A stretch of DNA of 64,000 bases from an uncultured Chloroflexia bacterium (GCA_963828165.1 CAWHDR010000001.1:128001-192000), one strand, 5' to 3'; positions 20,598 through 32,030 are shown, counted from the first letter of the stretch. Translations and numbers: made by a program. Notes: a model not told the origin generated them from the sequence alone.

Positions 20598-23500
20598 CTA
20601 CTGGATCTTCACTCGGCCGCTGATCGTGTTCCCGGACGCGTGCACGGGGCCCGTGTCCGGCGGCGGCAGGGAACCGGAGTTCCCCGTGATCGTGACCGGC
20701 CCGGTCACGTGATTGCCGTTGAACTCGACGCCGGCGGTGTTGTTCTGGATCTTGGTGGGGCCCGTCACCGAGTTGCCGGCACAGGGGCCGGTCGCCGCGT
20801 GACCGCCGAACAGCACGAGTCCGCTGCCTCCGGTGAGCGTGAGTGGACCGGTCACGGTCGCGCCGCAGAAGCGAAGCACACCTGCACCGGTGGAATCGAC
20901 CGGGCCGCTGATGCTGCCGCCTGCGACGTCAAGCACGCCACCGGGCTTGACGGTCACCGGTGCGGCTACGCTGGCGCCGGAGCCGATGCGGACCACTTCG
21001 CCGGCCGAGACGACGAGCGGGACGGACCGGTTCCCAGTGATGGTGGATGTGTACGTGACGCTGAGCGTGCCTGGCGCGAACGGGCCAAAGCTGTAGTTGG
21101 CCGCGGCGAGGCTGCCGATCGAGCAATCGATCGGGTATGTCCCGCCGGTGCTGAACTGCGTCGCGGGAGTCGTGCACGAGGCGTTGCCCGTGACACCAGA
21201 AGTAGCAAGGGTCTCGCCGGCCACGAAGCCTGAAAGGTTCGCGGTCAGTGGTGGGTTCGCACTCCCGAATCGACGGGTCTGGTCGTTCCCGGTCACGGTC
21301 AGCGCGGCCTTGCCGATGCTGAAGGTCTGCGGCACGTCGGGGGCCAGGTTCCAGTTGGCGTCGCCGGTCTGCAGCGCGGCGATGGTGCATGAACCGGCAC
21401 CGGTGATGTGGACGGTCGTCCCGGCTACGGTGCAGTCACCGTCCGCGCCGAACGAGACGTCGAGACCGGAGGATGCGGTGGCGCTGACCGCGAAGTCGGC
21501 GTCGCCGTAGGTCTTGTCCGCGAGGGCATCGAAGCTGATCGTCTGGTCGGCCTTGGCGACCTGCAACGTCCGGACGACGTCGGCCGCGGCATTGAAGCTG
21601 CCGTTGCCAGCCTGCGAGGCGGTGATGGTGCAGGCGCCGGCGCCACTGATGTGGACGTTGGCCGGTGAGGTCGCCGAGTCGAGGCTGCACGGGCCCGATG
21701 TCACGCTCAGGCTGACCGGCAGGCTCGACGACGCCGTGGCGCTGATTCCGAAATCGGGGTCGCCGAACGTCGCGTTCGAGATCGCGCCGAAGGTGATGTG
21801 CTGATCGGTCTTGGGGGCTGTGTACACGAAGGTCTGCGGCGGCTTCCACAGATAGTCGCGCATGAACTTCGTCAACAACTGGTCCCAGGCATTGAAGTCG
21901 TGGCCAGCCGCGACAGACTCATACTGGAAGTGCAGGTTCGGGGACGCTGCCAGGTTGTTCAAGGTCGTTGCACTCGGCGGTGCCACCGTCGTATCCCATC
22001 GGCCGAAGCCGACGAGGATGTAGGCCTGGTTGAGGTTCGCCGTACTCGTGTTGATACTCGGGGTCCAACTGAAGACGCCGTAGTAGCCGAAACGCAACGG
22101 GTTGTTGTTGATGATGTTCACGGTCGTCGACCCGCCCGCCGACAGACCCGCGAACGCGCGATCCATCCGGTCTGTCGAGACGTTGTAGTTGTTCTGGACG
22201 AACGGGATGATCGTGCTCTCGAGGATGGTGTAGGGAGAGCCTCCCAGGTAGTTCTGGTCCGTGGTGACGATGACCGCGGGCTCCGTGAGGCCGTCCTCAA
22301 TCAGATTGTCCATGAGCACCGGGGCGTCGCCGATGTTCAACCAGTCGGAGGCATCCTGCCCTGAGCCGTGCTGGAGGTAGATCGTCTTGTACGGCTGCGC
22401 CCGATCCGGGTCATAGCCTGGCGGGGTGTAGATGCCCAGATATCGCTGCCGGGAGCCTTGGGCGGTCGCACCGGCGGCATGGGCGATGGTGAGCGGAGCG
22501 CTCACGGTCACGCCAGTGCCGGAGCCGCGGGTGGTGGTGCCGATAGCATGGCCGGCATTCAGTCCAGCGGAGAACGTGATGCCCGTGCCCGGCTGACTCT
22601 GGTCGCGCACTGCGGCCGCGGTCGCGTGAGCGAGCGTGAGCGGGGCGGTCACGGTGACGCCCGTGCCGCCGGGACCCTGGGTGCCGACGATCGCGATGGT
22701 CGCCGTCTCGAGGTTGGCGCCGGTGTCGATGGTCAGCGTGTCGCCGACGACCAGGCCGGTGACGCTCCCGACCTTGATGTTGGTCGCGCCGGCCGCCGCC
22801 GCGGCGGCCAGCGTCGTCGCCCGGCCTGCCGTGCCGACGGTCGTGATCGTCCGCGACTCGAGGTTCGCAGCGGTGTCGATGAGGATCTGCTGCCCGACGA
22901 CGAAGCCCGCGACCGACGGGACCTTCACATTCGTGTCGCCGCTGTTTGCGGCCGAGAACAGGGTGGTCACGCCGCCGGCGGCCGTGCCGACCGCGCTGAT
23001 CGAGCCGGTCTCCTGGTTGGCTGCGGTGTCAACGCTCAGGTTGCCGCCCACGGCCAGGCCGGCCACGCTCGCGAGGAACAGCTTGGTGTCACCGACCGCG
23101 CTCGGCGCGACGAGGGTGGTCGCCGCACTGCTGGTTGTCATGAACGGGACGTAGCCCCAAGACCCACCGCCGGCGCTTCCCGTGCCGGTCGGGGCATACG
23201 GCCTGACGTTCTCGATAACGCGCGCCGCAAGGGGCGCGAAGTTCTGCTTCTCGTCGTACGGGACGTTCACCTTGTTGAAGGCGCGCCGGGCGGTCCCGGT
23301 CAGGCCGTCGGGAGCGTAGATCGGCGGATTGGCGGGATCGGTCACCCACAGGTTGGTGTTGTTGTTGACGTAGAACCAGTACTGGTTGGCGCCGGCCGCC
23401 AACGGCACATCGGTGACCCAATAGCCGTCGCCGACGTTGGTCATCTGGACGTCATATCCGCCACCGCCGCGCATCAGACCGGGCCGATACTGGGACGGCT

Positions 23501-23750
23501 GGTAGATCGTCGGACTGGTGGGATTCTCCCAGTCCCGCAACAGGATGTCGGCCACGAACCGGACGCTGGTGGCGGTCGGGTTGTGGTAGACGAAGTGTCC
23601 GGTGTAGCCGGTCGGCGAAGCCGGATCCTGGATGATCGTCGGCCCTGGGGTCAGATCCACGTCCTCGGCCAGCGCCGCCGCGGGCGAGAGACCCAGAACC
23701 ATGGCTGACGCCAGTACCAAAGCCGAGATTTTTCGTGCGATTTTCACCAT
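20598..23750 (-). CDS. Large secreted CE1-like (feruloyl/acetylxylan) esterase with nested beta modules, Ig-like/MBG repeats and beta-helix tail
   Basis: Signal peptide, YTPPGYD, AFAGLSAGG nucleophile elbow, GHDFNAW, MBG-like KAALTVTGNDQTRRFG. Confidence 0.78.
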   Translation of the reverse strand: MVKIARKISALVLASAMVLGLSPAAALAEDVDLTPGPTIIQDPASPTGYTGHFVYHNPTATSVRFVADILLRDWENPTSPTIYQPSQYRPGLMRGGGGYDVQMTNVGDGYWVTDVPLAAGANQYWFYVNNNTNLWVTDPANPPIYAPDGLTGTARRAFNKVNVPYDEKQNFAPLAARVIENVRPYAPTGTGSAGGGSWGYVPFMTTSSAATTLVAPSAVGDTKLFLASVAGLAVGGNLSVDTAANQETGSISAVGTAAGGVTTLFSAANSGDTNVKVPSVAGFVVGQQILIDTAANLESRTITTVGTAGRATTLAAAAAAGATNIKVGSVTGLVVGDTLTIDTGANLETATIAIVGTQGPGGTGVTVTAPLTLAHATAAAVRDQSQPGTGITFSAGLNAGHAIGTTTRGSGTGVTVSAPLTIAHAAGATAQGSRQRYLGIYTPPGYDPDRAQPYKTIYLQHGSGQDASDWLNIGDAPVLMDNLIEDGLTEPAVIVTTDQNYLGGSPYTILESTIIPFVQNNYNVSTDRMDRAFAGLSAGGSTTVNIINNNPLRFGYYGVFSWTPSINTSTANLNQAYILVGFGRWDTTVAPPSATTLNNLAASPNLHFQYESVAAGHDFNAWDQLLTKFMRDYLWKPPQTFVYTAPKTDQHITFGAISNATFGDPDFGISATASSSLPVSLSVTSGPCSLDSATSPANVHISGAGACTITASQAGNGSFNAAADVVRTLQVAKADQTISFDALADKTYGDADFAVSATASSGLDVSFGADGDCTVAGTTVHITGAGSCTIAALQTGDANWNLAPDVPQTFSIGKAALTVTGNDQTRRFGSANPPLTANLSGFVAGETLATSGVTGNASCTTPATQFSTGGTYPIDCSIGSLAAANYSFGPFAPGTLSVTYTSTITGNRSVPLVVSAGEVVRIGSGASVAAPVTVKPGGVLDVAGGSISGPVDSTGAGVLRFCGATVTGPLTLTGGSGLVLFGGHAATGPCAGNSVTGPTKIQNNTAGVEFNGNHVTGPVTITGNSGSLPPPDTGPVHASGNTISGRVKIQ
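23263..23710. repeat. 448-bp exact direct repeat, copy 1
   Basis: Identical by eye to 25044-25491. Confidence 0.92.
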
Positions 23751-23980
23751 TCTCCAATCTTTGGCTCGGAGACCACGCGATCTCGAAGGAGCGGGATTCC
23801 GCTAGATGCGGCAGACGCTGTCCGTGAACGCCCACGAGTGCACGAGGAGGGCGCAGGCCTGCACGGTGTCCGAGCGAGCGAGGAGGTTGCTCGGCTGGTG
23901 ACTCTGAGAGACCGGTCGTCGTCCCCTTCGGCACGCCACCCGCACTGCCCGTGCCGCTAGGTGCCAGGGACCCGGTGATC

Positions 23981-24015
23981 GGGGTTGCTGGCAGAACCCC
24001 TCGGCCAGCAACCCC
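23981..24015. terminator. Stem-loop downstream of short esterase
   Basis: GGGGTTGCTGG...CCAGCAACCCC. Confidence 0.55.
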
Positions 24016-24052
24016 TTCGACTCCTGACGGATAGAGCTGATCAGACTCCCAT

Positions 24053-25534
24053 CTACAACCAGAACCCGACGTTGAAGATGATCTTCTCCGCCTTCGTGCG
24101 AAGGCCTGCTGCCTGCTCTGCAGTCAGCTTCCCTTCGCTCTCCAGCGAATCGACCTGAACGACAAGCCCGTTCAGCACGTCGATCATCTCGCTCCTCTGA
24201 TCCTTGAGGAACAACTTGTACGCCTGGTCGAGCTTGACCGTGAGGGCGTTACGGACCCCCTTGTTCAGGCTCGTGCTTGCAACGTCACTCTTGAGGATCT
24301 CGATCTTGTCGTTGATGAACACTTCCGGGTGCCACAGATAGTCCCTGGCGAACGTCGTGAACAACTGGTTCCAGGAATTGAAGTCGTGGGCACCGGCAAC
24401 GACCACGTTCTTGGCGAACGCGTTGGTCCGCGCGGCTACTTGCGTGGCGTTCGGCAGCCCGAAGTCCCATCGTCCCCCGCCCCACACGATGTAGGGCACG
24501 CCCAGGTTCGCCGCGTTGTTGTTGACGCTCACGCCGCCGCTCCACGGGCCGTAGTACCCGAACTTCGTGGCGTCGAAGTTGATGAGGTTGGACGTGACGA
24601 TCCCGCCCGCCGAGAGACCGGCAAACGCCCGATCCGTCGGATGCGTCGAGACGTTGTAGTTGCTTTCCACGAACGGCAGGACGATGTTGCGTAGGTTGGG
24701 ATACCCCTGATTGGCGGCACCGAGGTAGTTGGTGTTCGTCGTAACGACGATCGCTGGCTGGGTGAGGCCGTCCTGGAGCAGGTTGTCCATGATGACCGGT
24801 ACGCTGCCGATGTTCATCCAGTCGGACTGATCCTGGCCGCCGCCATGCTGCATCCAGATGGTCTTGTACGGCTCGGCGCGCTCGGCGTCATAGCCGGGCG
24901 GCAGGTACACGCCCAGCGTCCGTGTGGCGGTACCGATCTGGATCGGCACGTAGCTCCACGTACCCTTCGGCGAGTCGGGCCTTGGGTTCTCGATCACACG
25001 CGCCGCCAGCGGGCCGTAGTTCTGCTTCTCCGCGTCGTACGGCACGTTCACCTTGTTGAAGGCGCGCCGGGCGGTCCCGGTCAGGCCGTCGGGAGCGTAG
25101 ATCGGCGGATTGGCGGGATCGGTCACCCACAGGTTGGTGTTGTTGTTGACGTAGAACCAGTACTGGTTGGCGCCGGCCGCCAACGGCACATCGGTGACCC
25201 AATAGCCGTCGCCGACGTTGGTCATCTGGACGTCATATCCGCCACCGCCGCGCATCAGACCGGGCCGATACTGGGACGGCTGGTAGATCGTCGGACTGGT
25301 GGGATTCTCCCAGTCCCGCAACAGGATGTCGGCCACGAACCGGACGCTGGTGGCGGTCGGGTTGTGGTAGACGAAGTGTCCGGTGTAGCCGGTCGGCGAA
25401 GCCGGATCCTGGATGATCGTCGGCCCTGGGGTCAGATCCACGTCCTCGGCCAGCGCCGCCGCGGGCGAGAGACCCAGAACCATGGCTGACGAGAGTACCA
25501 AAGCCGAGATTCGTTTGAGGTTTTTCAAACCCAT
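24053..25534 (-). CDS. Secreted CE1-like esterase with C-terminal helical (FIMAH-like) domain
   Basis: Signal peptide, YLPPGYD, AFAGLSAGG, AHDFNSW; RBS AGGAGG. Confidence 0.8.
   Translation of the reverse strand: MGLKNLKRISALVLSSAMVLGLSPAAALAEDVDLTPGPTIIQDPASPTGYTGHFVYHNPTATSVRFVADILLRDWENPTSPTIYQPSQYRPGLMRGGGGYDVQMTNVGDGYWVTDVPLAAGANQYWFYVNNNTNLWVTDPANPPIYAPDGLTGTARRAFNKVNVPYDAEKQNYGPLAARVIENPRPDSPKGTWSYVPIQIGTATRTLGVYLPPGYDAERAEPYKTIWMQHGGGQDQSDWMNIGSVPVIMDNLLQDGLTQPAIVVTTNTNYLGAANQGYPNLRNIVLPFVESNYNVSTHPTDRAFAGLSAGGIVTSNLINFDATKFGYYGPWSGGVSVNNNAANLGVPYIVWGGGRWDFGLPNATQVAARTNAFAKNVVVAGAHDFNSWNQLFTTFARDYLWHPEVFINDKIEILKSDVASTSLNKGVRNALTVKLDQAYKLFLKDQRSEMIDVLNGLVVQVDSLESEGKLTAEQAAGLRTKAEKIIFNVGFWL
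25044..25491. repeat. 448-bp exact direct repeat, copy 2
   Basis: Identical by eye to 23263-23710. Confidence 0.92.
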
Positions 25535-25796
25535 CCTCCTTCTGAACAACGCGCTATCTGAGCATTCCCGGTACTCGCCGACGTCGAGTCCCGCGGGACA
25601 ACCGCGACCTTCGCTTGTACAGTTGGGCGTCGTGAACCACGCCATCTCAAGGAGAGAAGGGATCTATCGGATGCCGTCCGAACGAAGTGAACGGGGACTC
25701 CTGTGGTGACGGGAGCTGTGCAACGCGTGCAAGCGTATGCGGTCAGTGGTATGCTGTCAGTCGAATGCTGATGCTGTCAAGCCCCAACGTCTAGCT

Positions 25797-26912
25797 GTGG
25801 CCACCACGCCGACTCCCGGACCGCCGCCGCAGGCCACCATGCGGGACATCGCCCGTGCGGCCAGGGTCTCCCAGAGCACCGTGTCGCGGGTCTTGAACGC
25901 GGCCTCCTCGTCGATCCCGATCAGCGAGGAGACACGCGAACGAGTCCTTGCCTCGGCGCGTCGCCTTGGGTACAGCCCCAACCCGCTCGCCAGGGGCCTG
26001 CGAGGAGCTCCCACCATGCTCCTCGGTGTCATCGTTCGTGACATCACCGACCCGTTCTTCGCCGGTCCCATCGAGGCCGTCTCGATCGAAGCCGCGCGCC
26101 GTGGCTACAACGTTGTCCTGGGGCACGCCCACGGTCGAGCCGATGAGGCGATGGTGCTCCGATCGGCGCTGGAGACGCGACACGTCGACGCGATCCTCGT
26201 GCTCGGTGACATGACCGATCAGCCGCGCTTGATCGACGATCTCCAGAATTGCCGGGTCCCCGTCGTGGCACTCTGGCAAGGCACTGCGCTCCACGGATTG
26301 CCCATGGTCAACGTGGATAACGCCACGGGAGTCTCCCTCGCGCTTGACCACCTTCTCGCGCTTGGTCACCAGCGCATCGCCTTCGTGAGCGGTCGTCCGC
26401 TTGGAGACATCGAAGAGCGCCGCACCGCGTTCGAGAGCCGGATGCATGCCGCAGGGCTCGAGATCGCCGATGGGTTCGTGCAGCATGTCTCCAACGACCC
26501 AGCCGGTGGCGAGCAAGCGCTCGTGGCACTCTTGAGCCTCGCGTCCCGACCGACGGCGGTCGTCTGCTCGACCGATCATCTCGCGATCGGGGTCCTTCAC
26601 GGCGCCGCGGGACTGGGACTCGGTGTGCCTTCGGACCTTTCGGTCACGGGATTTGACGATCTCCCGATCTCAACTTTCACCGTACCTGCGCTGACGACGG
26701 TCCGAATGCCGATTTGCGAGATGTCCGCCCTTGCCGTTCAGATCGCCTTCGACCCAAGATCTGCTGAGCCGACCGTCGAGGTACTGCGACCAGAGTTCGT
26801 GATCCGAGAGTCGACCGGGCCGGCTCCAGACGTGGACGACCGGTCCAGTCCTCGCCGAGCGGGATCCGGCACCGGGCGCAGGAAGAGAGCCACACCGAGA
26901 TCCCCCGCGTGA
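25797..26912 (+). CDS. LacI family transcriptional regulator
   Basis: [41 protein letters not shown]. Confidence 0.95.
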   Translation: MATTPTPGPPPQATMRDIARAARVSQSTVSRVLNAASSSIPISEETRERVLASARRLGYSPNPLARGLRGAPTMLLGVIVRDITDPFFAGPIEAVSIEAARRGYNVVLGHAHGRADEAMVLRSALETRHVDAILVLGDMTDQPRLIDDLQNCRVPVVALWQGTALHGLPMVNVDNATGVSLALDHLLALGHQRIAFVSGRPLGDIEERRTAFESRMHAAGLEIADGFVQHVSNDPAGGEQALVALLSLASRPTAVVCSTDHLAIGVLHGAAGLGLGVPSDLSVTGFDDLPISTFTVPALTTVRMPICEMSALAVQIAFDPRSAEPTVEVLRPEFVIRESTGPAPDVDDRSSPRRAGSGTGRRKRATPRSPA

Positions 26913-28414
26913 AGCCTCTGGCGGGACTCGAGGTGTGGTTCGTCACGGGCAGTCAGGACCTGTATGGCGATGACGCGCTGCGGCAGGTCGCCGATCACGC
27001 CATGCGGATCGCAGAAGCCCTCGATGCCGCCCTTGCGATCCCCCTACGTGTCTGCTTCAAGCCCGTCGTGACGTCACCCGAGAACATTCGGGCGGTTTGC
27101 CAGCAGGCGAACGCGTCCGATTCCTGCGTCGGGGTGATCGCCTGGATGCACACGTTCTCGCCAGCCCGAATGTGGATCGGGGGGCTTCAGGACCTGCAGA
27201 AGCCCCTCCTACATCTCCACACGCAGTTCAACCGTGATCTTCCCTGGGCGGAGATCGACATGGACTTCATGAACCTCAATCAGTCGGCCCACGGCGACCG
27301 CGAGTTCGGATACCTGCAGACCCGACTTCGCCGCTCGCGCAAGTCGGTCGTCGGGCATTGGCAGGATCCATACGTGGCAGACCGCGTCGGGGCATGGGCC
27401 CGAGCTGCCGCGGGTTGGAATGAGGCCCGGCGCCTTCGGGTGGCGCGCTTCGGCGACAACATGCGGCACGTTGCGGTCACCGAGGGTGACAAGGTCGAGG
27501 CCCAGATCCGCCTCGGCGTCGCGGTCAACGGCTATGGCACGAGTGATCTTGTCGAGGCGGTCCGAGACGTCCCGCCGGAGGCCGTTGAGCGGCTGCTGGA
27601 AGCGTACGACGACGAGTATGTCGTGGCCCCGGAGCTCGGGCCATCGGGTGCGCGACGAGCGGAACTGAGGGAGGCGGCGCGGATCGAGGCTGGCCTCCGG
27701 GCGTTTCTCGAAGCTGGGGGGTTCGGTGCCTTCACGGACACGTTCGAGGATCTCGAGGGGCTCGTGCAGCTGCCCGGCATCGGCGTCCAGCGACTGATGG
27801 CCGAAGGCTACGGGTTCGGTGCCGAGGGGGACTGGAAGACGGCGGTGATGGTCCGCCTCGCGAAGGTGATGGCGACCGGACTGCCCGGCGGAACGTCCTT
27901 CATGGAGGACTATACCTACGACTTCGATGTCGACGGGCCCAAGGTGCTCGGTGCGCACATGCTTGAAGTCTGCCCGTCGATCGCAGCTTCGCAGCCCACC
28001 TGCGAGATCCACCCGCTCTCCATCGGCGGTCGCTCCGACCCCGTGCGACTGGTGTTCACTGCTGCGCCCGGACCGGCCGTCGTCGCATCGCTGATGGATC
28101 TTGGCGATCGGTTCCGCATCGTGGCCAACGAGATCGACCTGGTGGACCCGAAAGCGCTCCTACCGCGGTTGCCCGTAGCGCGAGCTGTCTGGAAACCCCG
28201 GCCGGACTTCAGGACCGCAGCCGAGGCCTGGCTGCTCGCTGGCGGTTCACACCACACCGTGCTCACACAGCCGCTCACTCGAGAGCACTTCGAGGACTTC
28301 GCAGAGATGGGTGGGCTCGAATTCCTCTCGATCGACGCCGACACACGCATGACGACGTTCAAGAACGAGCTTCGTTGGAACCAGACGTACTACCGCCTTG
28401 CCGGCAGCCTGTAG
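26909..28414 (+). CDS. araA: L-arabinose isomerase
   Basis: [31 protein letters not shown]. Confidence 0.97.
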   Translation: MKPLAGLEVWFVTGSQDLYGDDALRQVADHAMRIAEALDAALAIPLRVCFKPVVTSPENIRAVCQQANASDSCVGVIAWMHTFSPARMWIGGLQDLQKPLLHLHTQFNRDLPWAEIDMDFMNLNQSAHGDREFGYLQTRLRRSRKSVVGHWQDPYVADRVGAWARAAAGWNEARRLRVARFGDNMRHVAVTEGDKVEAQIRLGVAVNGYGTSDLVEAVRDVPPEAVERLLEAYDDEYVVAPELGPSGARRAELREAARIEAGLRAFLEAGGFGAFTDTFEDLEGLVQLPGIGVQRLMAEGYGFGAEGDWKTAVMVRLAKVMATGLPGGTSFMEDYTYDFDVDGPKVLGAHMLEVCPSIAASQPTCEIHPLSIGGRSDPVRLVFTAAPGPAVVASLMDLGDRFRIVANEIDLVDPKALLPRLPVARAVWKPRPDFRTAAEAWLLAGGSHHTVLTQPLTREHFEDFAEMGGLEFLSIDADTRMTTFKNELRWNQTYYRLAGSL

Positions 28415-28563
28415 TCAACTGGGGGACACGGAATACTTCACCGCTGGCGCGCAGGGATGTCTCCTCCTTCCTGCGCCGCCTGCGGCTCTGCAGTGCCCGA
28501 TCACGCAGTTTCGGCGGCTGCGACCTCTCGCGTGGAGGTGACAGTCACTGACCCCCGAGCGCG

Positions 28564-30144
28564 TTAGCGCAAGGCCTGGACAGCGGCTCGCTCGATCGCG
28601 AGCCCGGCTCGATGACGGACGAAGAACGCGTCGAATCCGGCAACGTCGCGCGGGTCCGGGGCGACCGGCGCCCCGATGCTCCCGGCGATCAGCTCGTCAA
28701 GGAAGTCGGGCAGCGACAGGTCCGGATCGTCGCGGAGAAGGTACGCCGCCAGGAGGGCCATGCCCCATGCGCCGCCTTCGCTGGCCGTCGCCGGGATGCT
28801 CACGGGCACGTTGAGCGCGGCCGCCATCATCCGTTGGCCCGTGTCCGCGCCCTTGAAGAAGCCGCCATGGCCGCGGATCTGGTCGATGGCAACACCCTCG
28901 TCCCGGGTGAGGATGTCCAGTCCGGTCCGGAGCGCGCACAGCGATGCGAAATACTGGGCGCGCATGAAATTCTCGAGCGTCAGCCGGGCATCCTGGTTGC
29001 GGGCGAACAGCGGCCGGCCCTCCGTGAAGCCCGTCATGTGCTCGCCTGACACGTAGTTGATCGCGAGCAGGCCGCCAGCATCGGGCTCGGCCGCGGCCGC
29101 CAGCGGTAGAATCCGCTCATAGAGTTCGTCGGAGGTCAGCTCGGCGCCGAGCGATCTGCCGACCTGGCCGAACAACGCGACCCAGGCGTCCAGGTCGGAT
29201 GACCCGTTGTTGGCGTGGGCCATTGCGGCCGGCGAACCGTCCGGCGTGACCACGATGTCGATCTCTTCATGGAGGCGCGAGAGGCTCGACTCCAGCACGA
29301 TGACCGCGAAGTTCGATGTGCCGGCGGATACGTTGCCCGACCTGGGGCGAACCGCGTTGGTCGCGACCATGCCGGTGCCGGCGTCTCCCTCCGGCGGGCA
29401 CATCGGGCTGCCCGCCTCGAGCATGCCTGACGGGTCCAGCAGGCGCGCCCCGTCCGTGGTCAGCCTCCCGGCAGGAGCGCCCGCGGGGAGGACGTCGGGC
29501 AAGACGTCACGCAGGGTCCGGCCGAAGCCGCGCGGTGCGACGAGCGCGTCGAACGCAGCCATTCGTGGGCCGTCCCAATCGCGGGTGACCGGGTCGATCG
29601 GGAACATGCCCGAGGCCTCGTTGAGGCCCACGACATGCTCGCCGGTCAGCTTCCAGTGGACGTAGGCGGCGAGCGTCTTGAGGTGGGCGAGCTGCCCCAC
29701 GTGCGGCTGCCCATCGAGGATGGACTGGTACAGGTGGGCGATGGTCCAGCGCTGGGGCACCACGAAGTCCAACAGGGGTGTCAGCTCCGCGCACGCGGCG
29801 CCGGTGATGCTGTTGCGCCAGGTCCGAAACGGGACCAGCAGCTCGCCCTCGCGGTCCAGCGCGATGTAGCCATGCATCATCCCGCTGACGCCCAGTGCGG
29901 CCACCGTACACAGGTCCACCCGGTATCGTGCCCGGACGTCGTCGACCAGCGATGCGTAGCACGCGGCCAGGCCCGACCAGACATCGGCAAGATCGTAGGT
30001 CCAGACGCCGTTCCGCAGCTTGTTCTCCCAGGCATGAGACCCGCCGGCGAGCGGGGTGCCGTCGGGGGCCAGCAGGGCGGCCTTGATACGCGTCGACCCG
30101 AACTCGATTCCCAGGATGGCGCCACCCGACGCGATCAACTCCAT
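28564..30144 (-). CDS. araB: FGGY kinase, L-ribulokinase type
   Basis: [35 protein letters not shown]; adjacent to araD and araA. Confidence 0.85.
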   Translation of the reverse strand: MELIASGGAILGIEFGSTRIKAALLAPDGTPLAGGSHAWENKLRNGVWTYDLADVWSGLAACYASLVDDVRARYRVDLCTVAALGVSGMMHGYIALDREGELLVPFRTWRNSITGAACAELTPLLDFVVPQRWTIAHLYQSILDGQPHVGQLAHLKTLAAYVHWKLTGEHVVGLNEASGMFPIDPVTRDWDGPRMAAFDALVAPRGFGRTLRDVLPDVLPAGAPAGRLTTDGARLLDPSGMLEAGSPMCPPEGDAGTGMVATNAVRPRSGNVSAGTSNFAVIVLESSLSRLHEEIDIVVTPDGSPAAMAHANNGSSDLDAWVALFGQVGRSLGAELTSDELYERILPLAAAAEPDAGGLLAINYVSGEHMTGFTEGRPLFARNQDARLTLENFMRAQYFASLCALRTGLDILTRDEGVAIDQIRGHGGFFKGADTGQRMMAAALNVPVSIPATASEGGAWGMALLAAYLLRDDPDLSLPDFLDELIAGSIGAPVAPDPRDVAGFDAFFVRHRAGLAIERAAVQALR

Positions 30145-30289
30145 GCTGATTCCCCTGTGCCGCTCGTTTGCGGCCAAGCGTAGCCGGTCCCGGAACGTGC
30201 CGATGTCCGCCCAGAGTTTCGAGTGCCTCGGGTCGGCGGACTGCCGAACGGGGACCACGACGTGCTTTCTCCTGCGTCAGGAGGGCGCG

Positions 30290-30937
30290 TCAGTGCTGGC
30301 CGTAGACCTTCGTGTAGCGGTCGTGGAGCCGTGCGACGGCGTCGGGCGGGATCTCGTCCGGTGTGCCGAGCTGGAGCGCCATGAACACCGTCGCCGCGAT
30401 ATCCTCCGTCATCACAGCGGCCTTGACCGCCGCCGATGCCGTTGGCCCGACCGTGAACACGCCGTGGTTCTTGAGCAGGATCGCCGGTGATCGACCGATC
30501 CCCTCCACCACCAACTTCCCGATTCCCTCGTCGCCGATCAGCGCGAAGCCCGCACATGGGATCTCGCCACCGAACTCGTCAGCGTGGGCCGTGAGGTAGA
30601 CCGGGATCGGGCGTCCGACGGCCGCGAAGGCCGTGGCGTAGCGTGAGTGGGTATGGACGATCCCGTTGATGTCCGGCCGGTGACGGTAGATGTAGAGGTG
30701 GCTAAGCGTGTCCGAGCTGGGTGACAAGCCGCCTTCGATGACGTTCCCGTCGGGATCGACGATGACCATCGACGCCGCCGTGAGGTCCGGGTAGCGAACA
30801 CCAGACGGCTTGATCGCAACCAGCCCGGTCCCCGGGTCCCGTGCGGACACATTGCCCCCGGTCCAGCGGACAAGGTCGTTCGCTGGGAGTTCCGCGTGGA
30901 GCTCAGCCAACTGCTCCCGGAGCGCCTCGATGAGCAT
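30290..30937 (-). CDS. araD: L-ribulose-5-phosphate 4-epimerase
   Basis: WTGGNVS, IKPSGV, PSSD, VHTHS, KNHG. Confidence 0.92.
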   Translation of the reverse strand: MLIEALREQLAELHAELPANDLVRWTGGNVSARDPGTGLVAIKPSGVRYPDLTAASMVIVDPDGNVIEGGLSPSSDTLSHLYIYRHRPDINGIVHTHSRYATAFAAVGRPIPVYLTAHADEFGGEIPCAGFALIGDEGIGKLVVEGIGRSPAILLKNHGVFTVGPTASAAVKAAVMTEDIAATVFMALQLGTPDEIPPDAVARLHDRYTKVYGQH

Positions 30938-31751
30938 CAGCCCGCGCCCGCCTGTGCGCTGGCGCGGAGCTCCGGCGCGCTGCTCAGCGGTGTGCCGTCG
31001 GTCGAAGGCGGCATCATGGGGCATGCGCCGAAGCCGAAACCTGGCCCAACGACGCCCGCATGGTCGACCCCGGAATGAACGGGCGCCCTGGGCGAACGTC
31101 TCGCGGAAGACGCTGAGGTAATCATCGGCATCCTGTAGGGCCCAAGGGGCCGTTCTGGTCGCAGCTATCGAGCGGGTGGTGCTCGTCCATCAGCCTGCAT
31201 GTCACAGACCCGCCGTCGTTCGCACGCTGGGTGCTGCCGGGGGCGTCCCTGAGGGCACGACCGGATTCCGTCAAGAAATCCCCTCCGATCCCGTCTTGGC
31301 CACATGCGTCCTTCCTCGGCTGCATGCCCGACCGCTATCGCGACAGTACCATCCGGCCACGCGTTCCAACCAAGTGCGATGGTACTGACGGAGGTGACAC
31401 GTCGTGGAGTAGCTTGCTCAGAATGTGCGCCCTGCATGAGACCCGCGGTCGATCCCGTGGACCTCGTTGACCGCCAACGTGTCTACTGCCCCGATGGGTC
31501 GCCACGCCCTGGCCGCGACGCGGAGCAAGGCTTCCAGCCCAGCCCACCCGGAGCCAGGGCTAGCGCCGTGCTACAGGATTCTGGAGGGATCCCAGGGCTG
31601 CAACATGGTTGACGCGGGCCCAGAGGGTTAACGGAACCGCGGAGGTCACGGTGAGGACCGAATGCCACCCAAAATGGACGCGACCCGGTCGATCCGACGC
31701 TCTCGGACGACTGAAATTCTACGAGCGGTCATACAATTGGGGGAGCGCCGT

Positions 31752-31820
31752 GAGTTCGCTTGATCCCTATGCGAATTCGGAAGTGCGCATGACTCTTCTG
31801 GGAGTGTTCGCCTGACACTC
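31752..31820 (+). repeat. Array of GTGCGCCTGACTCT-like motifs upstream of att copy 2
   Basis: Motif cores at 31761, 31790, 31813. Confidence 0.6.
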
Positions 31821-31889
31821 CCGGATTCAGACGGCGCGAGGCGTCGGGCTGAGTTCGAAGATCGGCTGGCGAATTCAGATTCACGTCGT

Positions 31890-31938
31890 CTGACTCTGGA
31901 TCAGGAGATCGAAGGTTCGAATCCTTCCTCGCCAGCCA
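31890..31938 (+). repeat. attR-like copy of tRNA-Gln 3' half (49 bp)
   Basis: Identical to 11252-11300. Confidence 0.95.
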
Positions 31939-32030
31939 ACACCACGACCTGTTGGGGTGTAGAGGAAAACGACCACAACGTCTTGTGGAGGAGCCGTTTT
32001 CCCCGGGCGTGGAGCAGGATCGGCGGTTCC

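Larger units (their letters stand above)
11301..31938. mobile_element. Genomic island integrated at tRNA-Gln (pentose/arabinoxylan utilisation)
   Basis: Bounded by tRNA-Gln and a 49-bp direct repeat of its 3' half; no intact integrase seen. Confidence 0.7.

Noticed and set aside
30940-31740. Small ORFs upstream of araD
   Set aside because: No recognisable motifs or consistent coding bias; treated as intergenic or decayed
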